A stretch of DNA of 64,000 bases from contig CAZETE010000001.1 in the NCBI GenBank assembly GCA_964515075.1, positions 34,623 through 98,622 on the forward strand. Direction: 5' to 3'. A program made the translations under genes and the position numbers. Origin of the DNA: an uncultured Actinomycetota bacterium (GTDB lineage: Bacteria; Actinomycetota; Geothermincolia; Geothermincolales; Geothermincolaceae). The notes under the pieces are model-generated. The model saw only the letters and a program-made list of their open reading frames with translations. It searched no databases and was not told where the DNA came from. Positions 29,506 through 38,747 of the stretch are shown here, one piece after another. The stretch's first letter is position 1. The number at the start of each line of letters is the position of its first letter.

Positions 29506-30176
29506 ACTTCAGCCCCGGCAACGTCGAGACCGCCGTCTACATGCTGGTGGGCCTGGTCATCGGGGTTATCTTCCACGAGGTCATGCACGGCTACGCGGCC
29601 TACCGCTCCGGCGACACGACCGCCAAGAACGCCGGCAGGCTGACCCTCGACCCCGTCGCCCACGTCGACCCCTTCGGCACCCTCATCCTCCCCGGCGTGC
29701 TCCTGCTCCTCAACGTCCTGGGGATGAACAGCTTCATCATCGGCTACGCCAAGCCGGTGCCCATCAATCCCTTCGCCTTCCGCAAGCGCTCCGCCATCAT
29801 CTGGGTGTCGCTGGCCGGCCCGCTGACCAACCTGCTCATCGCCGTGATCTTCCTCGCGGCGGCCAAGGTGGCCTACGAGGCGGGAGGCGACAACGGTGTG
29901 TTCAACAGCCTTGCCGTGCTCCGGATGATCTACGCCTTCACCTACATAGCCTACATCAACAGCATCCTCTTCGTCTTCAACCTCATCCCCATACCCCCCC
30001 TGGACGGGTCGCGGGTGGTGGGTTACTACCTCAAGGGACAGGCCCGCGACTTCTACCGCTCCATCGAGCCCTACGGCATCCTCGTCCTCCTGGTATTCCT
30101 CTCCATCTTCTCGGTGGCCTTCACCTCCATCGTCAACGGCTTCTTCAACTTCCTGGCGTCTCTGGTGGGATTGTGA
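29502..30176 (+). CDS. site-2 protease family (M50) zinc metalloprotease
   Basis: HEVMH (HExxH) in TM1 and a later LDG motif. Six TM segments. Confidence 0.7.
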   Translation: MNFSPGNVETAVYMLVGLVIGVIFHEVMHGYAAYRSGDTTAKNAGRLTLDPVAHVDPFGTLILPGVLLLLNVLGMNSFIIGYAKPVPINPFAFRKRSAIIWVSLAGPLTNLLIAVIFLAAAKVAYEAGGDNGVFNSLAVLRMIYAFTYIAYINSILFVFNLIPIPPLDGSRVVGYYLKGQARDFYRSIEPYGILVLLVFLSIFSVAFTSIVNGFFNFLASLVGL

Positions 30177-30200
30177 CGGGCCGCCGCGGGCGGGACGGGC

Positions 30201-30749
30201 ATGGCTGAGCTGCGCAACCTGCCGGCCAAGGCGCTCACGCTGGCGCTGGCGCTCTCTCCGTCGCTGCGGCCCGCCTTCGAGCGGGAGTGCGCCTGCCTGA
30301 GCCCGTCCGAGTACGCGCTGGCTTCGCGCATGGGCCGCTACGACCGGGCCCACGCGGCGCGCATGGCGGCGGAGGCCCCCGGCGACCTGGTGCTCAAGCG
30401 GGCGGCCCTCCTGCACGACGTGGGCAAGGCCGACCCGCGCCTAAACTTCGTCCGCAGGGTGCTATATACTAGCCTGGAGTTGTTCGCGCCCTGCCTGCTG
30501 AGGCGGGTCCTGGCCGGGATCGAGACCCGGGCGGCGGGAGGCACCGCCAGCGAGCGGACGGAATCGCTGGCGGGCACCTGGGCGCGGGCGTTCTACGCCC
30601 AGGCCCACCACGCCGCCCTGGGCGGCGAGCTGCTCGAGCGGGCGGGCTCCGACGCGGAGGTCGTCGCCCTGGTGGCCGGCCATCAGGGCGCGCCGGATGC
30701 CTGCGGCGAGCGGGCGCGGCGCCTGCGCGAGCTGGACCGCAGAAAGTAG
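30201..30749 (+). CDS. HD domain-containing protein (putative phosphohydrolase)
   Basis: H...HD signature (LLHDVGK) and downstream His residues. Confidence 0.45.
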   Translation: MAELRNLPAKALTLALALSPSLRPAFERECACLSPSEYALASRMGRYDRAHAARMAAEAPGDLVLKRAALLHDVGKADPRLNFVRRVLYTSLELFAPCLLRRVLAGIETRAAGGTASERTESLAGTWARAFYAQAHHAALGGELLERAGSDAEVVALVAGHQGAPDACGERARRLRELDRRK

Positions 30750-30761
30750 AGGGAGGGACGC

Positions 30762-31763
30762 ATGGACAAGGGAGCGGGCGGGGAGAGGAAGCGCATCCTC
30801 ACCGGCTACCGGCCCACCGGCAAGCTCCACCTGGGCCACCTCCACGGCAACCTGGGGCGCATGCTCGAGCTGCAGGAGGAGGCGGAGTGCTTCTTCTTCG
30901 TCGCCGACTGGCACGCCCTGACCACCGAGTACAGGGAGAGCGAGCCCCTGCACCGCTACGTGGAGGAGATGGTGCTGGACTGGCTGGCCGTCGGGCTCGA
31001 CCCCGAGAAGGCCCATATCTACCGCCAGTCCGACCTGCCGGAGATCGCCGAGCTCTTCCTGGCCCTGGCCATGATCATCCCCCTGGCCTGGCTGGAGAGG
31101 GTACCCACCTACAAGGAACAGCTGGCGCAGCTCAACCACAAGGAGATCAATACCTTCGGCTTCTTGGGGTACCCGGCGCTGCAGGCGGCGGACATCCTCT
31201 CGGTGCGGGCCGACGCGGTGCCGGTGGGGGAGGACCAGCTGCCCCACCTGGAGCTGACGCGGGAGATCGCCAGGCGCTTCAACTTCCTCTACGGCGAGTA
31301 CTTCTCCGAGCCCGCCTCCATGCTCTCGCGGTTCACCCGCATCCCCGGCACCGACGGGCGCAAGATGAGCAAGAGTTACGCCAACGCCATCAACCTGGAC
31401 GACTCCCCGGAGGAGATCTCCGCCAGGGTGAGGGAGATGATCACCGACCCGGCGCGCAGGACCCGCAAGGACAGGGGGGACCCCGACAGGTGCGCGGCCG
31501 TCTACCAGATGCACAAGATATACTCCCCCGACCGGCTGGAGGAGATCGGGGAGAACTGCCGGACCGCCGGCTGGGGCTGCGTGGACTGCAAGAAGCTGCT
31601 GGCGGAGAGGATCATCGACTCCTTGTCGGACTTCCGCCGGCGCCGCGCCGCGCTGGCCGCCCGGCCGGGCGCGGCCTGGGAGGTGCTGGAGGAAGGGCGG
31701 CGGCGGGTACAGCCCATCGTGGCGGGCGTTCTCGGGGGGGCCCGGGAGAAGATGGGGCTTTGA
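30762..31763 (+). CDS. trpS: tryptophan--tRNA ligase
   Basis: Class I motifs: HIGH-like TGKLHLGH and KMSKS. Confidence 0.9.
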   Translation: MDKGAGGERKRILTGYRPTGKLHLGHLHGNLGRMLELQEEAECFFFVADWHALTTEYRESEPLHRYVEEMVLDWLAVGLDPEKAHIYRQSDLPEIAELFLALAMIIPLAWLERVPTYKEQLAQLNHKEINTFGFLGYPALQAADILSVRADAVPVGEDQLPHLELTREIARRFNFLYGEYFSEPASMLSRFTRIPGTDGRKMSKSYANAINLDDSPEEISARVREMITDPARRTRKDRGDPDRCAAVYQMHKIYSPDRLEEIGENCRTAGWGCVDCKKLLAERIIDSLSDFRRRRAALAARPGAAWEVLEEGRRRVQPIVAGVLGGAREKMGL

Positions 31764-31785
31764 GGGCCCGCGGGCGGGAGGTCAA

Positions 31786-32556
31786 TTGGGCTATCAGGTG
31801 AAGATAGACGTCTTCGAGGGCCCCTTCGATCTGCTGCTCAGCCTCATCTCCAAGCGGGAGATCGACATCTATCAGGTGGCCATCGCGGACATCACCGAGG
31901 AGTACCTGGCCTGGCTGGAGAACATGCGCTCCCTCGACCTGGAGATCGCCACCGAGTTCCTGCTCATCGCGGCCACCCTGCTCAAATTGAAATCGGACGG
32001 CCTGCTGCCCAAGCCGCCGTCGGAAACGCACGACGAGTTCCCCGCCGACTCCCGCGACGAGCTGGTCTGGCGCTTGATCGAGTTCAAGAAGTTCAAGAAC
32101 GCGGCGGAGGAGCTGGAGAGGCGGCTGGAGTTCGAGGACCGCTACTTCTACCGGGCGGTGGAGGTGGAGGAGCAGTTCCGCGACCTCGTCCCCGACGTGC
32201 TCTCCGGACTGGAGCTCCGCCAGCTGACCGAGGCGGCGCTCCGCCTAACCTTAAACGAGGCGGAGACGGGCGTGGACGTCTCCCACATCGCCCCCATCCG
32301 CATCAGCATCAAGGACTACATAGAAAAGATGCTGGACGCGCTGGAGCGGGTGGAGGAAGCCGACTTCGTCGACCTCACCCGGGGGTGCGCAAGCCGGCTG
32401 GAGGTCATCGTCTGCTTCCTGGCCATCCTGGAGCTCTACAAGTGGGACATCGTCTCCATCAGGCAGGCCCGCCGTTTCGGCGAGATCAAGGTCAGGCGCA
32501 ACCGCAGGATAACCGACGCGGAGGTGGACGAGATGTACGACCACCTCTCGGAATAG
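31786..32556 (+). CDS. scpA: segregation and condensation protein A
   Basis: Kleisin N-terminus FEGPFDLLLSLI; followed by scpB. Confidence 0.85.
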   Translation: MGYQVKIDVFEGPFDLLLSLISKREIDIYQVAIADITEEYLAWLENMRSLDLEIATEFLLIAATLLKLKSDGLLPKPPSETHDEFPADSRDELVWRLIEFKKFKNAAEELERRLEFEDRYFYRAVEVEEQFRDLVPDVLSGLELRQLTEAALRLTLNEAETGVDVSHIAPIRISIKDYIEKMLDALERVEEADFVDLTRGCASRLEVIVCFLAILELYKWDIVSIRQARRFGEIKVRRNRRITDAEVDEMYDHLSE

Positions 32557-32575
32557 CCGGGGTTCGAAGAGGAGG

Positions 32576-33301
32576 ATGAGCATGGAACTGAAGCCCATCG
32601 GCGGGAACGTCTGGAAGCGCTCGAGCAGGCCCTCGACCGCCCCGGAGGGCTACCTGGAGATCCGCAACATCGTGGAGGCCCTGCTCTTCGTCTCGGACGA
32701 GCCGCTCCGCGTGGAGAGGATCCGGGAGGTGGTGGACGCCGACGAGGCCACCGTCGCCGACGTCCTGGCCGACCTGCGGCAGGAGCTCCTGGAGGACAAC
32801 CGGGGCATCCAGCTGCGGGAGGTCGGGGGCGGCTGGAAGCTCCACACCCACCCCGCCTACGCCGACTACATCCAGCGGCTGCTGCTCTCGGAGAAGCGCG
32901 GCCGGCTCACCCGTGCGGCGCTGGAGACCCTGGCCGTCATCGCCTACATGCAGCCCATCACCCGCGCGCAGATAGCCGCCGTCCGCGGCATCCAGTCGGA
33001 GTCGGTGGTCAAGGTGCTGGAGGGCTACCGCATGGTGCGCGAATCGGGCAAGGAGAGCGCCCCCGGCGGCCCGGCGCTCTACGAGACCACGCCCGAGTTC
33101 CTGGAGCAGTTCGGCTTGAATTCCATCGAGGACCTCCCGCCCCTGGAGACCTTCGAGCCCGACCAGGCGGCCGTTGAGCAGATCAAGCGCTCCCTGCTGC
33201 CCTCCGGGGAGCCCCCGGCGCCCGCCGCGGAGGCGTCAGGGAGCGTCGAACCGGCGGAGGCGCCAGGAGGCCCTGACGCGCCGGTAGGAGAAGAGGAATA
33301 G
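32576..33301 (+). CDS. scpB: segregation and condensation protein B
   Basis: ScpB winged-helix repeats (EALLFVSDEPL..., LETLAVIAYMQPITRAQI). Acidic C-terminus. Confidence 0.85.
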   Translation: MSMELKPIGGNVWKRSSRPSTAPEGYLEIRNIVEALLFVSDEPLRVERIREVVDADEATVADVLADLRQELLEDNRGIQLREVGGGWKLHTHPAYADYIQRLLLSEKRGRLTRAALETLAVIAYMQPITRAQIAAVRGIQSESVVKVLEGYRMVRESGKESAPGGPALYETTPEFLEQFGLNSIEDLPPLETFEPDQAAVEQIKRSLLPSGEPPAPAAEASGSVEPAEAPGGPDAPVGEEE

Positions 33302-33369
33302 CCCCGCCGCCGCCGGGGCGCAGCACGCGGCACCCCTCATCCGCGCCCTGCCTGCCCCCGCGCGGCGCG

Positions 33370-34110
33370 TCAGCGCAGGCCCAGGGCCCTGAACAGCGCC
33401 TCCACCTCCCCGGGCGAGAGCTCGCGCCACTCGCCTTCGGGCAGCTTCTTTAAGCTCAGGGGGCCCAATGCGGTGCGGACGAGGTCGGTGACCTCAAGCC
33501 CCACCGCGGCGCACATGCGGCGCAGCTGCCGCTTCCAGCCCTGCTGGATGACGAACTCCAGGGCCGTCGCCCCGCTCTCGCGGCCCAACACCCGCACCCT
33601 GGCGGGGGAGGTCCTGCCCTCCTCCAGCTCGATCCCCTCCCGGAGGCTCTTGAGCGCCCCGGGCGACACGCCGCCCTCCACCCGCACCACGTAGGTCTTG
33701 TCCACCCCGAAGCGGGGGTGCGTGACGCGGTTGGCGATGAAGCCGTTGTTGGTCAGCAGGAGCAGCCCGCGGCTGTCCCTGTCCAGACGGCCTACAGGAA
33801 AGTAACGGCCCTCCTGGCGGAAGAGGTCGAGGATGGTGGGGCGGCCGTGGGGATCGCTCAAGGTGGTGAGGTAGCCGCAGGGCTTGTTGAGCAGGAAATA
33901 GCGGGCCTCCGCCTGCGTGTCCAGCGCGATGCCGTCCACCTCGACGGTGTCCGAAGCCGCGTTCACCCGGGTGCCCGGCACTCTCACCGGCTCCCCGTTG
34001 ACGGACACCCGCCCGGCCGCGATGATCCCCTCGCAGGCCCGGCGCGACCCCAGCCCCGCCGCCGCCAGAACCTTCTGCAGCCTCTCGCCCCGCTCCTCGC
34101 GCTCCTTCAT
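33370..34110 (-). CDS. rluB: 23S rRNA pseudouridine synthase, RluB/RsuA family
   Basis: N-terminal S4 domain (RLQKVLAAAGLGSRR). Catalytic motif FPVGRLDRDSRGLLLLTNNG. Confidence 0.85.
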   Translation of the reverse strand: MKEREERGERLQKVLAAAGLGSRRACEGIIAAGRVSVNGEPVRVPGTRVNAASDTVEVDGIALDTQAEARYFLLNKPCGYLTTLSDPHGRPTILDLFRQEGRYFPVGRLDRDSRGLLLLTNNGFIANRVTHPRFGVDKTYVVRVEGGVSPGALKSLREGIELEEGRTSPARVRVLGRESGATALEFVIQQGWKRQLRRMCAAVGLEVTDLVRTALGPLSLKKLPEGEWRELSPGEVEALFRALGLR

Positions 34111-34203
34111 GGAAAGAAATATAACACTTAAGGGGTGTGGCCTTCACGCACGCGATTGATTAAACTATATAGGTGCACCGAGCGTACAGGGAATGGAGGA
34201 AGC

Positions 34204-34566
34204 ATGCACCTGCGAGCCATCAGGGGAGCGATACTCTGCAAGGAGGACACCAAGGAGGCCATCAACGCCAAGACCTCCTTCCTGCTTGACGAGATGATCA
34301 AGCGCAACGACATCAGGCCCGAGGACATCGTGGACATCATCTTCACCGCCACCGAGGACCTCACCGCCGAGTTCCCCGCGGCGGCGGCGCGCCAGGCGGG
34401 CCTGGCCCACGTGCCGCTGCTGTGCGCCAAGGAGTTGAGCATCGTCGGCGGCACCACGGGCTGCATCCGGGTGCTCATGCACTTCTATACCCGCAGGCAG
34501 CCGCACGAACTGCGCCATCCGTATCTCGAGGGGGCCCACCAGCTCAGGACGGACCTCCCCGAGTAG
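34204..34566 (+). CDS. aroH: chorismate mutase, AroH class (monofunctional)
   Basis: Collinear with B. subtilis AroH (IRGIRGA...PEDVVQ...FPA...GG...CIRV.M...Y). Confidence 0.85.
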   Translation: MHLRAIRGAILCKEDTKEAINAKTSFLLDEMIKRNDIRPEDIVDIIFTATEDLTAEFPAAAARQAGLAHVPLLCAKELSIVGGTTGCIRVLMHFYTRRQPHELRHPYLEGAHQLRTDLPE

Positions 34567-34653
34567 GCATCGCAGCAGACGGTCCGCAAGAGCAAGGGAG
34601 CCCGGGCCCGCGGCCGGGCTCTCGTTTGACTATTGGAAGGGGAAGTGGTGCGC

Positions 34654-35667
34654 ATGGTCATCGTGTTGAAGGAGCCCATCCGGCAGGAAGATATCGACGC
34701 CATCGTGGAGAAGCTGGCGAGCGTCGGCGCGGAGGCCCACATCTCCCGGGGCCGCTTCAAGACCCTCATCGGGGTCATCGGCGACCGCGAGACGGTGATG
34801 CAGATCCCCTTCGAGGCCTATGCCGCGGTGGAGGCCGTGGTCCCCATCATGAAGCCCTACAAGATGGTCAGCCGGGAGTTCAGCCCGGAACCCGTGACCA
34901 TCCGGGTGGGGAGCGTCGAGGTGGGGCCGGGCACCTTCTCGGTCATCGCCGGGCCCTGTTCGGTGGAGAGTGCGGAACAGGTCATGCAGGCGGCCGGCGC
35001 GGCCCGGCGGGCCGGGGCCACCCTCTTCCGGGGCGGGGCCTACAAGCCCCGCACCTCGCCCTACGCCTTCCAGGGGCTGGGCGAGGAAGGCCTGAAGATG
35101 CTGGCCGCGGCGCGCGAAGCCACCGGCCTGCCGGTGGTCACCGAGGTGCTGGACACCAGGGACGTGGAGGTGGTGGCGGAGTACGCCGACGTGCTGCAGG
35201 TGGGCACGCGCAACATGCAGAACTTCCTGCTATTGAAGGAGATCGGGAGCATCCGCAAGCCGGTGCTCTTGAAGCGGGGCATGAGCTCCACCATAGAGGA
35301 GTGGCTGATGGCCGCGGAGTACATCGCCAAGGAGGGCAACCACGACGTGATCCTCTGCGAGCGGGGCATCCGCACCTTCGAGACCGCCACCCGCAACACC
35401 CTGGACATCTCGGCCGTACCGGTGGTCAAGGGGCTCACCCACCTGCCGGTCTTCATCGACCCCAGCCACGCCACCGGCCGGCGCGACCTGGTGGAGCCGC
35501 TCACCCGGGCGGCCCTGGCGGTGGGCGCCGACGGGGTGATGGTGGAAGTTCACCCCAACCCGGCCGAGGCCCTCTGCGACGGACCGCAGTCGTTGAACAT
35601 GGAGGAGTTCGCCTCCCTGATGCGGGGCCTGCGGGAGATCTGCGCCGCCTTCGGCAGGAAGATGTAG
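34654..35667 (+). CDS. aroF: 3-deoxy-7-phosphoheptulonate (DAHP) synthase, class I-beta with N-terminal ferredoxin-like regulatory domain
   Basis: IAGPCSVES, LFRGGAYKPRTSPY, and a KDO8P-like core. A ~75-aa N-terminal ACT/FL regulatory domain is present, as in the Thermotoga-type enzyme. Confidence 0.85.
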   Translation: MVIVLKEPIRQEDIDAIVEKLASVGAEAHISRGRFKTLIGVIGDRETVMQIPFEAYAAVEAVVPIMKPYKMVSREFSPEPVTIRVGSVEVGPGTFSVIAGPCSVESAEQVMQAAGAARRAGATLFRGGAYKPRTSPYAFQGLGEEGLKMLAAAREATGLPVVTEVLDTRDVEVVAEYADVLQVGTRNMQNFLLLKEIGSIRKPVLLKRGMSSTIEEWLMAAEYIAKEGNHDVILCERGIRTFETATRNTLDISAVPVVKGLTHLPVFIDPSHATGRRDLVEPLTRAALAVGADGVMVEVHPNPAEALCDGPQSLNMEEFASLMRGLREICAAFGRKM

Positions 35668-35674
35668 GGGCCGC

Positions 35675-36787
35675 GTGGAGAGGACGGGGATCATCGGGAC
35701 GGGGCTCATCGGGGGCTCCCTGGCCCTGGCCCTCAAGCGGCAGGGCCTCGGCGGGGAGGTGCTCGGTTACGATGCCGACCCCGCCAGCCTCGAGCGCGCC
35801 CTTAAGATGGGGGCCGTCGACGCCGCCTGCGCCTCGGCGGCGGAGCTTGCCGCCCGCTGCGGCCTGGTGGTGGTGGCGGTGCCGGTCGGGGTCATCCCGC
35901 GGGTGCTTGCGGAGATCGCCGCCCACCTCGAGGCGGGCGCGCTGGTCATCGACGTGGGCTCCACCAAGGAGAGGATAGTGCGCGCGGCCGCCGAATCCCT
36001 GCCCGCGGGCGCGGTCTTCGTGGGCGGTCACCCCATGGCCGGTTCCGAACGCCAGGGGATCGACAACGCCACACCCGACCTCTTCGTCAACGCCGCCTTC
36101 ATCTTCACCCCCACGACGGACTGCGCGGCCGAGACCCAGGCCTTCCTCTCCCAGACCTTCACGGCCATCGGGGCCAGGGTCATCTTCATGGACCCGCGGG
36201 TGCACGACCGCGCCGTTTCCATGGTCAGCCACCTGCCGCACGTCCTGGCCTTCGCCCTGATGAACGCGGCGGGGGAGGAGGGCCGCGAGGTGCGGGGGAT
36301 GGGGCACATCATCTCCGGCGGCTTCCGCGACATGACCCGCATCGCCTCGTCCGACCCCTCCCTGTGGGCCGGCATCCTGCTGGAGAACCGGGCGGAGGTG
36401 GGCCGCGCCCTCGGACTCTTCGGCCGCTATCTCGAGGAACTGAGGAAGGCGCTCGCCGCGGAGGACGCGGCGGCGCTGGAGGAGGCCATCGAGCGCGCCC
36501 GCTCCAGCCGGCTGGAGATGATGCCGGCCCTGCGGACCGTGCTGCAGGAGCTCTACACCCTCTCCATCCCGGTGGACAACCGACCGGGCATCGTCTCGGA
36601 GATAACCCTGGCCATGGGGGAGAAGGGCATCAACATCGAGGACCTGGAGATCGCCCATCCCCTGGAGGGCGAGGTGGGGCTGCTCAAGGTCTACGTGCGG
36701 GGGGCGGAGGCCGCGGAATCCGCCCGCGAGGTGCTCGCCGGCAGGGGCTTCCGGCTCAACCTGGAAAAGTCGGTGAGGGGCGCTTGA
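35675..36787 (+). CDS. tyrA: prephenate dehydrogenase with C-terminal ACT domain
   Basis: GTG start. NAD-binding IIGTGLIGGS, the PDH catalytic region, and a C-terminal ACT domain. Confidence 0.85.
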   Translation: MERTGIIGTGLIGGSLALALKRQGLGGEVLGYDADPASLERALKMGAVDAACASAAELAARCGLVVVAVPVGVIPRVLAEIAAHLEAGALVIDVGSTKERIVRAAAESLPAGAVFVGGHPMAGSERQGIDNATPDLFVNAAFIFTPTTDCAAETQAFLSQTFTAIGARVIFMDPRVHDRAVSMVSHLPHVLAFALMNAAGEEGREVRGMGHIISGGFRDMTRIASSDPSLWAGILLENRAEVGRALGLFGRYLEELRKALAAEDAAALEEAIERARSSRLEMMPALRTVLQELYTLSIPVDNRPGIVSEITLAMGEKGINIEDLEIAHPLEGEVGLLKVYVRGAEAAESAREVLAGRGFRLNLEKSVRGA

Positions 36788-36792
36788 GCGAG

Positions 36793-38067
36793 ATGCGCTT
36801 CAACCCGGTCGACCGGCTGGAGGGCGAGCCGCGGATCCCCGGCGACAAGTCCATCTCCCACCGCGCGGCCATCCTCGGGGCGCTGGCCCGGGGGGAGACG
36901 AGGGTCAAGGGCTTCCTGCGGGCCGAGGATACCCTGAGCACCCTGCGAGCCCTCGGGCGACTGGGGGTCGAGTACCGCCTGGAGGGCAACGATCTCACCG
37001 TCCAGGGAAGGGGTTATGCCGGCCTGCAAGAGGCGGTGGGCGACATCGACGTGGGTAACTCCGGCACCACCATCCGCCTGCTTGCCGGCGTCGCGGCCTC
37101 CTGCCCCTTCACCACCAGGCTCACCGGCGACGCCTCCATCCGCCGCCGCCCCATGCGCCGCATCATCGACCCCCTCACCCGCATGGGGGCGGAGATAAGC
37201 GCGGCGGGGGAGGGCGACCTGGCCCCGCTGGAGATCGTTGGCGGCGGCTTGCGCGGCATCGACTACCGGCTGCCCATCCCCTCGGCCCAGGTCAAGTCGG
37301 CGGTGATCCTGGCCGCCCTCAACGCCCAGGGCCCCACCACCATCGCCGGGGACCGCGGCTCGCGCGACCACACCGAGAGGATGGCCCTGCACCTGGGGGC
37401 GGACCTGGAGCTGTCGCCCGCAGGCATCACGGTCAACCCGACGGTGTTGCGGGCGGGGGAGATGGACGTCCCCGCGGACATCTCCTCGGCCGCCTTCTTC
37501 CTGGCCGCGGCGGTGCTGCTGCGCGGTTCGCGGATCTCCCTGCGGGGCGTGGGGCTCAACCCCACCCGGGCCGGCTTCCTCGCCGTGCTCAACTCCATGG
37601 GGGCCATGGTCACGGAGGACTCCTACGAGGTGCGCGACGGAGAGCCCCGCGGCGACCTGGCGGCGCGCGGCGCCCGGCTGCGGGGGGTGGAGATAGAGGG
37701 CTGGCGGGTGCCCGGCCTCATCGACGAGATACCGCTGCTGGCGGTGGTGGCCACCCAGGCCGAGGGGGTCACCAGGGTGAGCGGCGCCGAGGAGCTGCGC
37801 CACAAGGAGAGCGACCGCCTGCGGGCCATCATCTCCCAGCTCGAGCTGATGGGCGCGGACGCCCGCGAGGAGGAGGGCGGGTTCTCGGTGAGGGGGCCGA
37901 CGGGGCTGAAGGGCGCCCGCGTCAGGTCCTTCGGGGACCACCGCATCGCCATGAGCCTGGCGGTGGCCGCCCTCTGCGCCCGGGGGGAAACGGTGATCGA
38001 GGGGTGGGACTGCGTGAACATCTCCTTTCCCTCCTTCGCGGAGACCCTGCGGGGGCTGGCCAGGTGA
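36793..38067 (+). CDS. aroA: 3-phosphoshikimate 1-carboxyvinyltransferase (EPSP synthase)
   Basis: PGDKSISHR motif, LGNSGTT and RPM motifs. A TTG at 36784 is an alternative start. Confidence 0.9.
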   Translation: MRFNPVDRLEGEPRIPGDKSISHRAAILGALARGETRVKGFLRAEDTLSTLRALGRLGVEYRLEGNDLTVQGRGYAGLQEAVGDIDVGNSGTTIRLLAGVAASCPFTTRLTGDASIRRRPMRRIIDPLTRMGAEISAAGEGDLAPLEIVGGGLRGIDYRLPIPSAQVKSAVILAALNAQGPTTIAGDRGSRDHTERMALHLGADLELSPAGITVNPTVLRAGEMDVPADISSAAFFLAAAVLLRGSRISLRGVGLNPTRAGFLAVLNSMGAMVTEDSYEVRDGEPRGDLAARGARLRGVEIEGWRVPGLIDEIPLLAVVATQAEGVTRVSGAEELRHKESDRLRAIISQLELMGADAREEEGGFSVRGPTGLKGARVRSFGDHRIAMSLAVAALCARGETVIEGWDCVNISFPSFAETLRGLAR

Positions 38068-38747
38068 GCGGGCGCGTCATCGCCATCGACGGACCGGCCG
38101 GTTCCGGCAAGAGCACCGTGGCCCGCAGGCTGGCGGAGCGCCTCGGCTTCGACTACATGGATACCGGCGCCATGTACCGCGGGATCACCTGGCTGGCCCT
38201 GCGCGGTAAGGTGGACCTGGACGACGAGGAAGGGCTGACCCGGCTGGCGGCGGAGACGGAGATCGACTTCGAGTACGACCGCCGCCGCAGTCAGCCCTAC
38301 CGGGTGCTCCTCGACGGGAAGGACGTCACCAGCGAAATCCGCTCCAGGCCGGTCACCGCCCACGTCAGCCGGGTCTCCGCCGTCGCCGGGGTGCGGGAGG
38401 AGCTGGTGAGGAAGCAGCGCGAGATGGCCGCCGGGCGCGACGTGGTCATGGAGGGGCGGGACATCGGCACGGCGGTCTTCCCCGGGGCCAGGGACAAGTT
38501 CTTCATAAGCGCCTCGCTGGAGGAGCGGGCCCGCCGCCGCTGCGAGGATTACCGCCGGGAAGGCATCGATTTCGACGAGGAGGCCGTCCGGCGCGACCTG
38601 AAGAGAAGGGACCTCTATGATACCAGCCGCCCCCTTTCGCCCTTGAGCGTGGCCTGCGGGGCGGTGGTCATCGACACCTCCGACCTCACCGTGGAACAGG
38701 TGGTGGAGGAGATGATCGGGCGCTTGGGCGGCGGAGGAGCGCCGTGA
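38064..38747 (+). CDS. cmk: cytidylate kinase
   Basis: GTG overlapping the aroA stop (GTGA). P-loop IDGPAGSGKST and a GAMYR motif. Confidence 0.9.
   Translation: MSGRVIAIDGPAGSGKSTVARRLAERLGFDYMDTGAMYRGITWLALRGKVDLDDEEGLTRLAAETEIDFEYDRRRSQPYRVLLDGKDVTSEIRSRPVTAHVSRVSAVAGVREELVRKQREMAAGRDVVMEGRDIGTAVFPGARDKFFISASLEERARRRCEDYRREGIDFDEEAVRRDLKRRDLYDTSRPLSPLSVACGAVVIDTSDLTVEQVVEEMIGRLGGGGAP

Noticed and set aside
36364-36792. N-terminal 143 aa of the ORF 36364-38067
   Set aside because: Off-frame overlap of the tyrA 3' region. The translation is Gly/Arg-rich. aroA begins at ATG 36793.
35501-37941. Minus-strand ORFs of 385 aa (35501-36658) and 416 aa (36691-37941)
   Set aside because: Antisense to tyrA and aroA. 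No motifs.
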